In this document: positions 11,913 through 25,691 of the stretch, in pieces | How positions within the stretch are numbered: the stretch's first letter is position 1 | Layout of the letters: the number at the start of each line of letters is the position of its first letter | From: Lama guanicoe | Taxonomy: Eukaryota | Assembly (NCBI GenBank): GCA_013239625.1 | Contig: MU053934.1 | Coordinates: 93,241 to 157,240 of the forward strand | Length of the DNA: 64,000 bases | Reading direction: 5' to 3' | Notes under the pieces: generated by a model | Seen by the model: the letters and a program-made list of their open reading frames with translations, nothing else | What the model was told of the DNA's origin: nothing | Database searches by the model: none | Position numbers and translations under genes: made by a program

Positions 11913-13802
11913 TTTTTCCTCTTAGCTCTTGGACTTGATTGATTAATTGATTAAAGTATAGTTGATTTACAATGTTCTGTTAGTTTCTGGTGTACAACAT
12001 TTTGATTCAGTTACGTATATATATTTCATATTTATTGTTATAGATTATTGATATGTATCATATATATAGGGTATATGGATATATGTATATCTCACATCTT
12101 TATCCAATCACCTGTTGATGGACATTTAGGTTACTTCCATGTCTTGGCTATTGTAAATAGTGCTGCTATGAACATTGGGGTGCATGTATCTATTTTTATT
12201 TATTTTTATTGAGCTATAGAATATANNNNNNNNNNNNNNNNNNNNNNNNNNNNNNNATATATATATATATTCCTTTCTATATTCTTTTTCATTATAGGCC
12301 ATTACAAGGTATTTAATATAGTTTCCTGTTCTATACAGTAGTACATTGTTTTTTATATATTTTATATATAGTAGTTAGTATCTGCAAATCCCAGGCTCCC
12401 AATTTATCCTTCCCCACCCACTCTCCCCACTGGTAATCATAAGTTTGTTTTCTGTGTCTGTTAGTCTGTCTCTGTTTTGTAAATGAGTTCATTTGTGTCC
12501 TTTTTTTTTTTTTAAGATTCCACATATAAGTTATATCATGTGGTACTTTTCTTTCTCTTTCTGGCTTACTTCACTTAGTATGACAATCTCCAGGTCTGTC
12601 CATGTTGCTGCAAATGGCATGATTTTGTTCTTTTTTATGGCTGAGTACTATTCCATTATATAAATATACCACAACTTCTTTATCCAGTCATCTGTTGCTG
12701 GACATTTAGGTTGCTTCCATATCTTGGCTATCGTAAATAGTGCTGCTATGAGCATGGGGGTGCATGTATCTTTTTGATTTAAAGCTTCCTCTGCATATAT
12801 GTCCAGGAGTGGGATTGCTGGATTATGGAGTAAATCTATTCTTAGTTTTTTGAGGACTCTCCCTTCTCTTTTCCATAGTGGCTGCACCAAATTGTGTTCC
12901 TACCAACAGTGTAGGAGGGTTCCCTTTTCTCCACACCCTCTCTAGCATTTATCATTTGTGGACTTTTTAATGATGGCCATTCTGACTGGTGTGAGGTGAT
13001 ACTTCATTGTAGTTTTAGTTTGCATTTCTCTGATAATTAGTGATACTGAGCATCTTTTCACATGCCTGTTGGCCATCTGGATATCTTCATTGGAAAAATG
13101 TCTGTTTAGATCTTCTGACCTTTTATTCATTGAGTTGTTTGCTTTTTTGTTATTGAGTTGTGTAAGCTGTTTATATATTCTGGAAATTAAACCCTTGTTA
13201 GTCATATTGTTTGCAAATATTTTCTCCCATTCTGTAGGTTGTCATTTTGTTTATATATCCTTTACCTTGCAAAAGCTTTTAAGTTTAATTATTTCCCATT
13301 TGTTTATTTTTTCTTTTATTTCTCTTGCCTAGGTAAACTGACCTAGGAGAACATTGCTACAATTTATGTCGCAGAATGTTTTGCCTATGTTTTCTTCTAG
13401 ATGGTTTATCAAGTCCTGTCTTATGTTTAAGTCTTTAAGATGTTTTGAGTTTATTTTTGTGCATGGTGTGAGGGATTGTTCTAACTTCATTGATTTACAC
13501 GTGGCTGTCCAGTTTTTCCAACAGCACTGGCTGAAGAGATTGTCTTTTCTCCATTGTGTATTCTTGCCTCCTTTGTCAAAGATTAACTGTAGGTGTGTGG
13601 GTTTATTTCTGAGCTATCTATTCAGTTCCTTGATCCCTATGTCTGTTTTTATGCCAACTCCATGCTGTTTTGATTACTCTGGCTTTGTAATATTGTCTGA
13701 TGTCTGGAGAGGTATGCCTCCAGCTTCATTCTTTTTCTTCAGTATTGCTTTGGCAATTCTGGGTCTTTTGTGATTCCATATAAATTTTAGGATTATTTGT
13801 CA
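11913..13802 (-). mobile_element. Composite L1 insertion (two L1 3' ends in tandem) with a perfect 13-bp TSD
   Basis: aacactgactctt at 11900-11912 and 13803-13815. ORF2 remnants at 12648-13205 ([21 protein letters not shown]). Confidence 0.9.
12226..12256. other. Assembly gap (31 N) inside a (TA)n tract
   Basis: Run of n flanked by TA repeats. Confidence 0.99.
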
Positions 13803-14129
13803 AACACTGACTCTTAATGCTCCTACCAGGAAGCAACACAAGCCATGCCTGCTTACATTTCACTGGGCAACGTGCATCACATGGTCACTCCTGTCTTCAA
13901 AGGGGCCAACCCTGCCATGTGTCTGGAAGAGAGAAAGTAGAAATGTTCGGTGAAGAGCACTCGTGACACCACACATGCCCAGCACTTAGTGACAACACAA
14001 AGGAAGCTGAGAAACCCAAATGGTCTGAGACTATCATCCCAACACAGGAGACTTATAGTAAGAAAACCAAGTTCCAATAAAATTAAGTAACGGTATTCAG
14101 AAAAATGCCTGAGTTTCCCAACTGAGATT

Positions 14130-14690
14130 TGTACACGCTACACATAAATTATTTCATTAAATAATCACAAACATTTTTGAGGTGAATATTTTTATTCCTG
14201 TTTTATAGATGAGGAAACTGAGCTCAGGAAAGTTAACTAACTTGCATGAGGACACTAATAAATGCTACGGGTGGGATTTGAACCCTTGTCTGCTTGACTC
14301 CAGAACCCTTTCAAGTTTATTCATTCATTCATTCAGTAGTTACCTACTGAGAGCCAACTATATGTCAGGTGCCATTACGGAGCTAGGAAGACAGCAGTGA
14401 ACAAGGCAGGTCTCTCCTGCATGAAGCACACATTTTAGGGGAAGGAGAGGAAGTACAGAATAAAATCCAAGTAAACAACTATGTAAGCAAGAAAATATCA
14501 GGTAACAACATTATGATAAAAAGAAAATGGGATTTTATGATAGAGTGGCTACTTTGAGGAGGTGATATTTGAGTTCAGATCTGAATGAGAAGAAGCCACC
14601 CATGTCAGTGCTTGAAGGAAAAGTCATTTGGGGAAAAAAAGAAAGTTCCAAGGCCACAAGTTCAGGACAAACTTGGAACACTTAAGAAAC
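14130..14690. mobile_element. MIR (about 14130-14310) followed by an L2 3' end (about 14315-14690)
   Basis: ttttatagatgaggaaactgagctcagg (MIR); ttcattcattcattcagtagttacctactgag (L2). Confidence 0.75.
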
Positions 14691-14694
14691 AAAA

Positions 14695-15590
14695 GGATCT
14701 CTCATGTAGTTGCAGTCAGATGTTGGCTGGGGCTGCAGTCATATGAAAGCTCCAGTAGATGGATGTCCAAGATGGTTCACTCTTACGGCTGGCAGTGGAT
14801 GGTAGCTATTCACTAGGAGCTCAACTGGGGCTCCACCTGAGCCCCTCTACCCTATATATGGCTTCTTGCGGTGGCATGAAATTCTCACAGCATGATGGTG
14901 GAGTTCCAATAGGGGATATACAAAACTGAACATTCCAAGAGGCAGCAAGCAGAAACTAGCTTGAAATGAGCACAGAGTCACTTCCACAATATTCTACTGG
15001 TCAAAGCAATGACAAGGGCTGGCCCAATTCCAAAGGGTTTCACTGGGTTGAATAGTGTTCCCCAAATTCATTCCCATGCAGAATCTCAGAATGGGACCTT
15101 GTTTTATGGGGTCTTGGCTGACGTCATGAATTAAGTTAAAATGAAGTCATTGGATTGGAGTGAGCCCTAAATTCAATAACTAGCATCCTATAAGAGGTAA
15201 GGCAAAGATTCAGATACAGGGAAGAAACTCATGTGGTGATAGAAGCAGAGATTGGAGTGATGCCATCATAAGCCAAGGAACACCAAGGGTTGTCCGCAAC
15301 CACCAGAGGCTAGGGGAGGGGCAGGGCACATCCTCCCTCAGAGCCCCCAGCAGGAGCCAACCCTGCTGACACCTTGATTTGTGACTTATGGACCTCCAGA
15401 ACTGTGAGAAAACAAATTCCTGTTGTTTTAAGCCTCCCAGATTGTGGTAAGTTGTTACAGCAGAAAACTAATGCATGAATGGAAAGATAGACTCCACCTC
15501 CTGATGAGAGTGTGTTAAAGTCACATAGCAGAAGAGAAGAACGGTGGGAGATGCTGTCGAGCCTATTTTTGGAAAATACAATTTGCTGTT
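14695..15590. mobile_element. Nested MaLR LTRs: MLT1B/C-like (about 15040-15476, +) inserted in an older MLT1
   Basis: Inner element runs gggttgaatagtgttcccc...ccagaactgtgagaaaacaaattcctgttg...aactaatgca. The outer element resumes with gaaagatagactccacctcctgatgag. Confidence 0.7.
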
Positions 15591-16849
15591 ACCGTTTGTA
15601 TCCCCAGACGGCAATAGCCTCAGCCGCTGTCAGCTTGGCTCCCTGTCCCTTTAGCAATTCATATGTTCTGTTTCTATGTATGATCCATGGTGTGTGTGCA
15701 TGTGTGTGTGTGTATTCCTTGCTGTCTCAGTCTCTTCTTTGGCAAGTGTTGGGGTGTGAAGAAACCAACAACATTTTCCCACGCGTTAGGGCTACAACTG
15801 ACACCTCAACCTCCAAGTTCCACTGTTTTTTTTTTCTGCTTGACAGAATATTAGATTTTTTTTTTCTTAGCAGGATGTAAAGATCAAGGTAAAAATTTGA
15901 CAGTTTCTGAGCTCCTGTCATGGCTGAGATCAAGGAACCACAATTAATCACCCAGGAGTTGGTGGATGCTGCTGCCACTCCTTCCCACAGGGCACCAGGG
16001 CCACTCCAGCCCAGAGCTAGAGGGAGACCACAGGAACTGGGCACATGTGGCAGCTATTGCAGGTCTGAAAAGACAGAGCATGTCTCAAACACTGGAAAGA
16101 GAGACTTTATATGAGCATCCTGTGTCTCCAGCTGTTTACCAGGAATCTAAGATTTAAGGCTTGATGCTTAAAGACCATCAAATTATGGGCATCTCATTGT
16201 CAAGTGAGACGGTGGATATAGACAAGCTTTGAAAAATGTAACAAATATAAGACAGCAGAGATTACTATGGCTGGTTAGAGTTAGACGGTGAAGATCTCCT
16301 AGTCCAACTCAATAAATCCTCCCACCACACTTTTCCACTAATGGGGAACTTACTACATATAAACACGTTACAGATCCAACCATCAGGGGCAAGGAAGCTT
16401 TCTATCTGTCCAGATAATTTAGTGGCAGGCTGATGAGGTGGAGAGAAAGACATCCATGAGATAACAAAATCCCATGCTTTTGCCATGCATGGATGTAGGA
16501 ATTAAATATACCTCCTGCATGATGAGAAGCCCAAGTTGAGAACTGAAAAATAAAATTAGTCCAAGATAATTGAAGCCACAGAGTTCAAGAAGAAATAAGT
16601 GTAAACCTACCATGAAGGAACATTTTCACAATAGTGGTCATAGTTCTCTCCTTCCAACTCAAAATAAAAAGGAAATTGAACAAATTCTGCTAATACTGAG
16701 TTTCCTAGGGGGAAAAATGACAAAATATGTGAGCAAATGACCTGTCATGAGAACATGTGATAATAGAAAAATGATCATCCCCTTGCCCAAAGCTGGAACT
16801 AATAAATAATGTCCAAAGCGCTGTAAGTATGTTTAAAATGAGTAAAGGA

Positions 16850-19215
16850 ATAAGAAAAATACTAATAAATGGGAGACCCCCCCCAAAACAAGCTGTTTCA
16901 AGTTTTACAAAATAGCAACAAATAGAACTTTAAGAAATGAAAACATAGCAACTGAAATTAAAAACTTAGATGTTGGGGTAAAATCAAATTAGATACAGCT
17001 ACAGAGAGAATGAGCAAACTGGAAAAATTATCCAGAATGCAACAAAAGGAGGTAGACATAAAATACAAAATAAAAAGTTAGAGATGTTGAGGATAGAATG
17101 AGAGGGTCAAAAATACATCTTGAGCTTGTAAGTGGCTAGCCAAAGAACCTAAAAATATGTAAGGCAAAAACTGACATAATTACAAAGAAAAAGTAACAAA
17201 TCCCTAATCACTGAGTTTCTAAGATATCACTTCTGAAATGAATAGACTGAACAGACCAAGGATTGGTAGCATTTGGAACATTCATACAACCTAATACGCA
17301 AACTTGAGCCAGTAGGCAAATAGAGACATTCACCACCAAAGAGAATAAATGTGTGTTCTAGCTCATAAGAAACCATTGCAAAAACTGACCACAAAATAGT
17401 CCTTAAATAAAACTTAGCAAACAGCAAAGAATAAGTATTTTGTAGTGCCATTAAATTAGAAATTAATAACAAAATATAAACTGCTAAAGCCACATTTGAA
17501 ACTAGCAATATACATCTTTATGATTCATGGTTTGCAGAAAAATTTGCAATGAGAATTAGAAAATATTAAGAATATTATGGCAATGAAACCAGTACATAGA
17601 GAAGACTTTATGACATTGCTAAAGCAGTACCTTGTGGGAAATTTATAACTTGAAATTCATATATTGAGAGACAAGAAAGACTGAAATAATTTAGGAAGCT
17701 GTTACAATCAAAAGGATGAGAGAGAAAGACTAGAATAATTCCCAAAGGGAATAGAATGGAAGAAATGAAACAGTAAGAGTGAAGATTAATGAAATAGAAA
17801 ACAAACAGTAAGATCCACCAAGTCAAAGTTACCCTTAAGAGACTAATAAATAAAGTATCTGTTTAAAAAAAGAAGAGAGAAAGAAGGCAAGAATTGACCT
17901 TAGTAGGAGTGAAAAAGAGGGACAGATCGGCATATTTATTAAGCTATAAGAGATCACTATGCTGTACTAAAAATTATTATTATTCTATTTATGCTGGAAT
18001 CAAGGGGAAGCGTAAACATCTAGTAAAATTTCTGGGTCAAAGAGTATACATACATAGTGTCAGCTGCATTTCCAAAATAATTAGAATAATTTACATTCCT
18101 ACCAACAGTGGGTGATTGTGCTCATTTATCTACAGGCTTGCCAACATTTAGGATCAACCGGTTGGAGTTTTGTTTTTATTTTAGGTTTTGTTTTTTTTCC
18201 TTTTTGGCAACCATGTGAAATATCATAGTCATTTTAACTTACACTTCTCTGGTTATCAGTAAGTTAACAATATCTCTACGTGTTCTGCGAGTTGCCCTTT
18301 CAAAATTTTGTGCCTTTTACTCTTGTACTGTTCGCATTTTTCTTAGATTTGTTGTAGAAGCTTATTATTATTTCCAGACACCAATCTAATGTCATTTAAT
18401 ACATAGCAAATTTCTCCTGATACAGGAGAAAATATATCTGCAACTCGTTTTGTGATCATATGTTTTAATTTCTAGAGAATAGATGCCTAAGAGTGGACAG
18501 TCTGGGGCATAATATAGATATGCATCGAATTTTCTAAGAAACTGACAAACCATTCTCCAAAATGGTCATATCATTTTATATTCCCACCAGCAATGTATGA
18601 GTTCCCATTGCTCCCCATCATCACCAGCTTTTGATTTTATCTGTCCTTTTTATTTTTGTCATGATAGTGGGTTTTAAATATCCTCTCTTGTGATTTATTT
18701 TTACATTTTCCTGAAGACTAATAATATTTGCATACTGCCCATTCATAAATATTTTCAAGTGTCTTTTGATGTCTTTGCCTATTTTTATTGGATATTTGCC
18801 TTTTTATTATTGATTTGAAAGACTTCTTTGTATTCTTATATTTGGGATATGAACTCTTTTTCATTTTTTTCCAAAATAATATCCAATTGTTCTTGCACCA
18901 TTTGTTAAAAAGACCCTCTATCTTCCTTTGAATTGACTTGGTACCCTGACCAAAAATCAATTGACCATATATGTGTGGGTACACCTCTGGACTATTATGT
19001 TCCATTGATCTGTTTGTCTCTCCTCATGTCAATAATGCAGTCTTGAAGTCAAGTTGTGTAAATCTGCCAATTCTCCCCTTAGTTTTCAATATTGCTTTGG
19101 CTCTTCAAAATTCCTTGTGTTTCCATGTACATTTTAGAATTAGCTTGTCGACGAGGTTTTGATTGATGTTTCATTGGACTTGTAGATAAGTTTGGGGAGG
19201 GTGGATATTCTTACT
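16850..19215. mobile_element. Ancient L1 fragments: + strand about 16850-17900, - strand about 17990-19215
   Basis: ORF2-like text, e.g. 18718-19005 (-) HIYGQLIFGQGTKSIQ..EGLFNKWC. Confidence 0.7.
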
Positions 19216-19735
19216 TGTTGATCAAAAAGCCATCGACTTGGATGAACCCTTTTCTCGTCCATTTCTAACCCACCCTAGGTCTCGGCACTACTTGTTTTCT
19301 GCTTGTTCTGTGCCTGGACCCCCTGTACTCTTCACTTTGTCATCCAGTTAAGCTCAGCTTTGTACCAATAGCTCTCGCTTTGATGCTTTATGTCTCCTTC
19401 AATTACCAATTCATAACTTCTCCCCAAGTTCATGGCTCATCTCCTTCTTCCTGGGTGAGTTCTACTTAGACTATCTGCTCAGTGTTTTGACCTCTCTGTC
19501 TTGGGAACTAGGCACTCTCATTTCCAGTTTCCACAGGATGCCTTGTACTCCTGGAAATAACCACGTTGCCAAGTCTCCAAACAGCTAAATGTGGTCTACA
19601 ACCCGTTGTGTGGTAAAGCTTCTTCGTACCTCTCTGGTTTCCTCACTTAAACTCACTATCTTGCACTCCTGCTTCAGCCATACTGAGCCCCTAGTAGCTC
19701 CAAGAACACACGTGCTGTCTCTCAAATCTGGACTC

Positions 19736-20200
19736 TTTTTTTTTTTAAATAGACTTTATTTTTTTAGAGCAGTTTCAGGTCTACAGCAGAATTGACCAGG
19801 AAATACAGAGTTCCCATGAAACCCTCCTCACCCACACATATATACTTCCCTACCCTCAACATCCCTCATCAGTGTGGCATATCTGGAACGATCGATGAAC
19901 CAACATGGGCTCATTATTATCAAACAAAGTCCATAGTTTACATTAGGGTTCACACTTGATGTACATTCTATAGGTTTTGACAAATGCATAATGACATGTA
20001 GCCACCACTATAGTATCATACAGAATAATTCCATCACCCTAAAAATCCCTTGTGCTTCATCTGCTCATCCCTCCCTCCCTCCCTCTCCCCAAGCCCCTGG
20101 AAACCACAATCTTTTTACTGTCTCTGTAGCTGTGCCTTTTCCAGAATGTCATTTGGTTGGAATCGTACAGTTTGTAGCCTTTTCAGACAGGCTTCTTTGA
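19736..20200 (-). mobile_element. L1MB/MC-like 3' end within L2-like flanks
   Basis: Poly-T then aatagactttattttttagagcagtttcagg. Confidence 0.75.
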
Positions 20201-21011
20201 TTAAATCTGGAATGTTGTACATCCTATTACTGCTACCTCAACAATATGTCCCCCAGACACACCCACTCCCCATCCTGTTTGTTAGTTTAGGGACCTTCCC
20301 TGATTCTTCGAGGCTGGTTGAGATGTTTCTTCTCTGAGCTCTCATGACAACAGCTTGCATTTCCTCAAAGCAGCACTTATTACATGGTGCCCCTTGAAAG
20401 CAGGAACTGGGTCTTTCTCACTGTTGAATTTCCAGTACTTAGTACAGTGCTTGGCACAGACAAAGCTCTCCATCAATATTAGATCAGGGAATGAATAACG
20501 AGTAGACACTGTCAGTACCTCCATGTGTACTCTTCGTGGGTGGGAACCCTGACTCACTTACGGTACATGTGGAGGAGACAGGTGACTCATTCTGCCCCCA
20601 GCACTTGTTAAAAATACTCATTATCCAAAGTCACTTTATATGCACTAATCAATCTTCTAATCTTAATGCACTTCCCAAGTAGATTTCTTAACTGCAACAC
20701 AAATGTGTCGGCTGGATGATAAATATTGGGAAATAGATTCACACTGTAAATGAGTATTTTGGCTTCTACTTTTTAACTCAATCTTATATAATTTTGGTTG
20801 ACATGGATACAATCTCAGAACTCCTTCTGGGAACTGAAAGAATTAAGTTTTCCTTTTTTTTTTTCCATATGTACATTCCCCAAGGAGGGCATCTCCTGTT
20901 TCATATGTTTTCCCCACAGGATCTAAATGATTGTAGAAGACCTCAGTGGTGTTCAATAAACTTAAGTTGAATTTAATGATTAACAAGGCAGCAAACTAAA
21001 CTCTAGAGACA

Positions 21012-21482
21012 TGGATTAGTTGGCTAGGGCTGTTGTGACAAAGTGCTGCAAACTGGGTGGCTTATGGACAGAAATACATGATCTCATAGTTCTGGAGGCT
21101 GGAAGTCTGATATGGTGGCAGAGTTGGCTCTTCCTGAGGGCTGTGCAGAAGAATCTGCCCCACGCCCCTCTCCTAGCTTCTGGTGGTTTGCTGGCAATCT
21201 TCGGCAATCTTATACAAGCATCGCGCTGATTTCTGCCTTCATCTCCACATGGCATTCTCCCTGTGTGTATCTCTGTGTCCAAGTTTCCCCCTTTTATAAG
21301 GACACTAGTCCTGTTGGATTAGGGGCCCGTCCTACTCCAGAATGACCTTGTCTAAACATGTCTAGTTACACCTGCAATGACCCTATTCCCTGCAATGCAA
21401 ATAGTCACATTCTCAGGTACTTGGCATTAGAGCATCAGCAGGTGATTTTTGAGGAGGTAGACCTAGACACCTACCACTTACA
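21012..21482 (-). mobile_element. MLT1C/D-like MaLR LTR
   Basis: ttggctagggctgttgtgacaaagtgctgcaaactgggtggctta...ttataaggacactagtc. Confidence 0.8.
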
Positions 21483-22846
21483 GACTATGAGCTTTCTAGC
21501 ATCTCAAAAGCTCTGAGCCCCAATTTTATTCAGTCCTTCATTTAACCAGGCTTTGCTAAGCTCTCTGTTTTAAACCAAGCACTGTCTAAGATACTAGGGG
21601 TATAATATTGAGCAAAACAGATACAGTCACCACCTTCATAAAGCATGTAATCCAGTGGGGAGTAAAGATAATTAAACAAGCATTAACAAGAAATTGAGAA
21701 AATGCCATGAGGTAGAAATCATAGAATTAAATGGCAACACAGAGCAGAATTATCTGTCTATCCTTGTTTGGGGACTGGGGTGGAGAGTTGTGAAGACTTC
21801 CCCTGAGAAGTGACATTCAAAGTAAACACTGATGGATTTGTAGCATCCAGGTGAGGAGACTGGAGAACCAAGCTTGTGGGGTTATCAGGAAGATTAAATT
21901 GCATAAAGTCATTTATCTAACAGTTACCTGCATGCTCCCACTTACCCCTATGGAGTCACCTCTTTTGGAATCTACTGTCATTTATAGAATTGCTTACTGT
22001 GTGTCAGGCTCTGGGCTGGCTTCCCATATCTTATCTAATTTCTTTAAGGCAACCTCATGAAGACAACATTTAAAGTGCCATCATCTTTTAAAAAGTGATG
22101 ACAAGACCACTCTTCCACTTGGGGCTAAATTATGCAAATTACCATTGACTCAAAAGTAGTTCTTCGAAACATAAAAGTAATGAAAATTGTAATGATATTA
22201 TAAATGCAAGTTGTGGAAAGTTCTCCATACAGTAGAGTGAAGAGAAATTCAAAATAACATTATAAATGTAACTTATGGAAAGGTCTCCATACAACACAGA
22301 GTGAAGAGTAAATCTTCAGCCAAAAAAGTTTAAATACAAAATGTTATAATAAGTATCTGGAAATGTGTTTTATTGAATGTGCAGTTCATTTGCTTCTACT
22401 GCTGCCCAGGGAACTGTCAGTTTTGAATCCTTGCAAATACTGGCAGCTAGCTGTAGAAATGCAGCATTTTCAAATAAAACAGTGACCTCTTTGGTAATCC
22501 AGTCATGTTTTCTCCCCTCAAGGCCTTGCTCCAAATAATGCTTGCTAGTAGAAGTGAGTTGTATTTCCAAACGTAGAAAAGAGTCCAAAACTACAGAGGC
22601 ATTATTCAAAATACGTACCAGGCACACCACTGCTGAAATGCTTGTTGAACTAGTCAAAAAGTTAGTGAAATTTTTGCAAAATTCCTTCATCAAATAACAC
22701 TTTCCAATATTACACGTTATCAACTGTAAAAAGATGTGAAGAGAGATTACTAGGTGTACATTTCCAGCATATACTTTGCTTTACATGTAGCTCAACCCAC
22801 TGATATGCAGAACATGAGTCAGCTCCTTGAATATGTGTAGTGCATG

Positions 22847-23240
22847 TGTTACGGAACCAAACTGGGGTCCACCTACCCCCTCGCAGTAAAACCAATCTCC
22901 TGACCCCGGGTTGTGGTGAAGGAAAGTGTGGCATTTATTGCAGGCGCCAAGCAAGGAGAACAGGCAGCTAGTGCTTAGAAGACCCAAACTCCCTGAAGGC
23001 TCTCAGGGAAAGGTTTTTAAAGATGGGGTGAGGGAAGGGGGTTGTGGGGTCCATGATCAGCTTCTGGACATTCTTTTGATTGGTTGCTGGTGGCGTAATT
23101 GGGAGTCAATACATCAGCATTCTGGTTCCAACTGGTCTGGGTCTGCATGCTTGTGGGCAGCACACAGTTAACTTTTTCCATTTGGTGGCGTTTCAGTATC
23201 TGCAAAAGAGCTCAAAGAACATGGCTCAGAATACTGTCAC
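22847..23240 (-). mobile_element. ERV1-type LTR, truncated
   Basis: Starts tgttacgg. gcatttattgcagg gives AATAAA on the minus strand. No closing TSD found. Confidence 0.7.
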
Positions 23241-23673
23241 CTATTTTTCCAAATATTTTATTCCCAGAGGCTAATCAGCAGCCAACAATATGATTCTAAA
23301 TCTTGATCCAAGGTTGGAAAAAACTGGAGGTTTTTACCATGATGAATAATAGCCAATTTCTGTGCAAATTTTCAGGGTGATGTGTTGAGAAATAGTTGGT
23401 GAATACGAAACTCTATTTTTTCATACTGACACATAAGAGTTGATACAAACAAATTCTTCTCTTATTTTTAAGTTAGGCATAAAAAGAAAACATTTTTCTG
23501 TGACTTGATTACTTCAATTACTTAGAATGGACTGCTGTATTTTAAAATTGGAGTCAGTATCTTGAATAAACTGAATCTATCATTTCAGACCAAAAGGATT
23601 ATAATTTCTAATGTTCAGAACAAGATACTAGAAATTCTTAAGACCAAATGGTAAAGAAATTCTCCAACCCTTA

Positions 23674-23732
23674 TTTGTTTTTAAACATTTTTTATTGATT
23701 TGTAATCATTTTACAATGTTGTGTCAAATTCC
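23674..23732 (-). mobile_element. Ultra-short (~59 bp) young L1 tail insertion with degenerate 13-bp TSD
   Basis: aacattttttattgatttgtaatcattttacaatgttgtgtcaaattcc, flanked by tctccaaccctta (23661-23673) and tcttcagccctta (23733-23745). Confidence 0.8.
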
Positions 23733-25254
23733 TCTTCAGCCCTTACAGCTAATATTTTTCTTCCATTGTCAGAGAAAGAAACTGATGATACATTATTGAT
23801 AATGTTTGAAAAGTCAAATTGAAATGCTGCCATAAACCATATTTTTCAGAGATGCATTCAACCCAAGAATGAATTGTATTCATCTTTCAAGTTGAAAGAT
23901 TAGTTGAAAGTTAAAACTTTGCCTATGATGTGTGCATGTCTGATGAACATGGAAAGCCATCTTCAGTGATAAATCTGTCCTTTCTGATCAATGTTTTATT
24001 TGAATATCCAGAATTATCTAAGCATCCTTACAATTATGATTTGGGATCTTCCAATTTAGAAGGAATAAAGAGTAAGGAAATCTACTGATTGTGGAACTTG
24101 GACATGTGTTGAGCTCTTCATTATCAAACTGGCTACAGGTAACCCCAAATCAGTGCCTTGCGTACAGCAAATGCCCATGAAGTGCTCTGCAAATGCTGAG
24201 AAACTGAGAAGCATAGCGCTAGAAATTCTGACCAGGTTTCTGTCTCCTCTTAAAGCCCCTACCCCTGGAATAAGGAATTACCCTGAATCACAGACTGTTG
24301 ACTAAGTTAACATCAGTCCTCATTTTTGCCATTTCTTTTTTCCCCAGGGTTGGAACCCCATCACTGATTTTTGACCCATCACTCAATCTGATTTCTTGCT
24401 GTCACTCACTACCTGGACTCTTGATACTCTACCATGTTGAATATCCTGGAGCCAACTGCTCCAGCTTTGGCAATCAGATAGCCTAGCGTGTTCCTCTGAG
24501 TGTGGCACTTGGGTGCTTCTTCCGGAGCTTGTTGTTAAGAAATACACACTTCTTACTCTTGATGGGTCTCTCCACCTGGAGGTAGCACAACTAATAAAAC
24601 ACACCTGGCTTTAACTGCTCCCATTTATGAGGTTTGTGGTTTTTGAAGAAGAAACTGGGCATGAGTAACCCACTGCCTTCCTCCCCTGTTTCCTCTCGGG
24701 ACCGTGCCAAACGTGGAACAGGGGCTGCTGTCACATGGCAAGTGTCCAACATGACCTGTGACAAGGTGGATGAATCTGTCTGTCATAGGGCTCAGTTAGA
24801 AAAATGGTGCTATTACTTAGCTTTCCTCAAACTCCAAAACTGGCTTCTGTTTCCAGATCAGTTTCCCCATTGCTGTCCCACCCGGGTGACAGGAACCTGT
24901 ACAGTCTTTCAGCTCACTCCTTCTCCCCACCAGCTGGGAAACAAAATGCCTGGGCCTCAGAGAAGCTCACTCTGGTAAGACTGCCAAGGAGTCAGCAGCC
25001 TCTGTCTTTGGTGACTTCACCAGTTATGAAAACACATAACAAGTTCCAGCCAGTCCATATATCCCCACCTTGTTTGTAAGCTGTTGGAGTCCATTTCCAA
25101 GCTCTTGCTGAAATCCAAGTGCATCCCCACCAAACTGGTAAAAGCATCCAAAAATACGGTGAGGCTAGTTCATTCTGAATTATTAGAGCAAATGCTGTTA
25201 GACTGATGGTAAAGCTAAATCTTACATATTTTTATAACTTCTGTGTCTGGCATG

Positions 25255-25691
25255 TGGGGATGAAGAAAGTCACCTGTCATATCAGTAAACATAGGATGTC
25301 ATGGCCATTAAGCCATCAGCCACTGCAGCTGCCCCCTCTTGCACCCTGAGGGGCTTCAGGATGGAGAAGAGCAGGACGGCCACTCTAGACAAGGTGCATA
25401 TCAAAGAAATGACTTCAGTGAACCCAAGTTCTTGCATCTTCCCATACACAGAAAAGTGCTAAATTCAGTAACTTGAGATGTCTGGTTTTCTTAAATAGTA
25501 ATCTTCTGATGTTTTGACTACCTGTTTTTTTTGCAAAAACTTCTTTATATCCTGGCTCCTCCCTTGCCTCTTTGGAGCAATCCCTCAGAGCTATCCAAGA
25601 GGTTGCCTCCTGGGCTTAAGTCCTTAGCAAGTCCGCCGAACAAAACGTAATTCTCAGCTTTTAGGTTGTGCATTTTATTTTTCAGTTGACA
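25255..25691 (+). mobile_element. ERV1 solo LTR (MER41-like) with 4-bp TSD
   Basis: TG...CA termini. CATG at 25251-25254 and 25692-25695. Confidence 0.8.

Larger units (their letters stand above)
11715..13975 (-). mobile_element. MLT1-like MaLR LTR split in two (about 11715-11912 and 13803-13975) by an L1 insertion
   Basis: MLT-like text on both sides (cacatttcactggg..catcacatggtcactcct) joined through the TSD. Confidence 0.55.
22060..24050. mobile_element. Probable decayed DNA-transposon (hAT-like transposase) relic, interrupted by an LTR and a mini-L1
   Basis: AT-rich, degenerate coding-like texture unlike L1 or MIR. Family assignment is by impression only. Confidence 0.35.
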
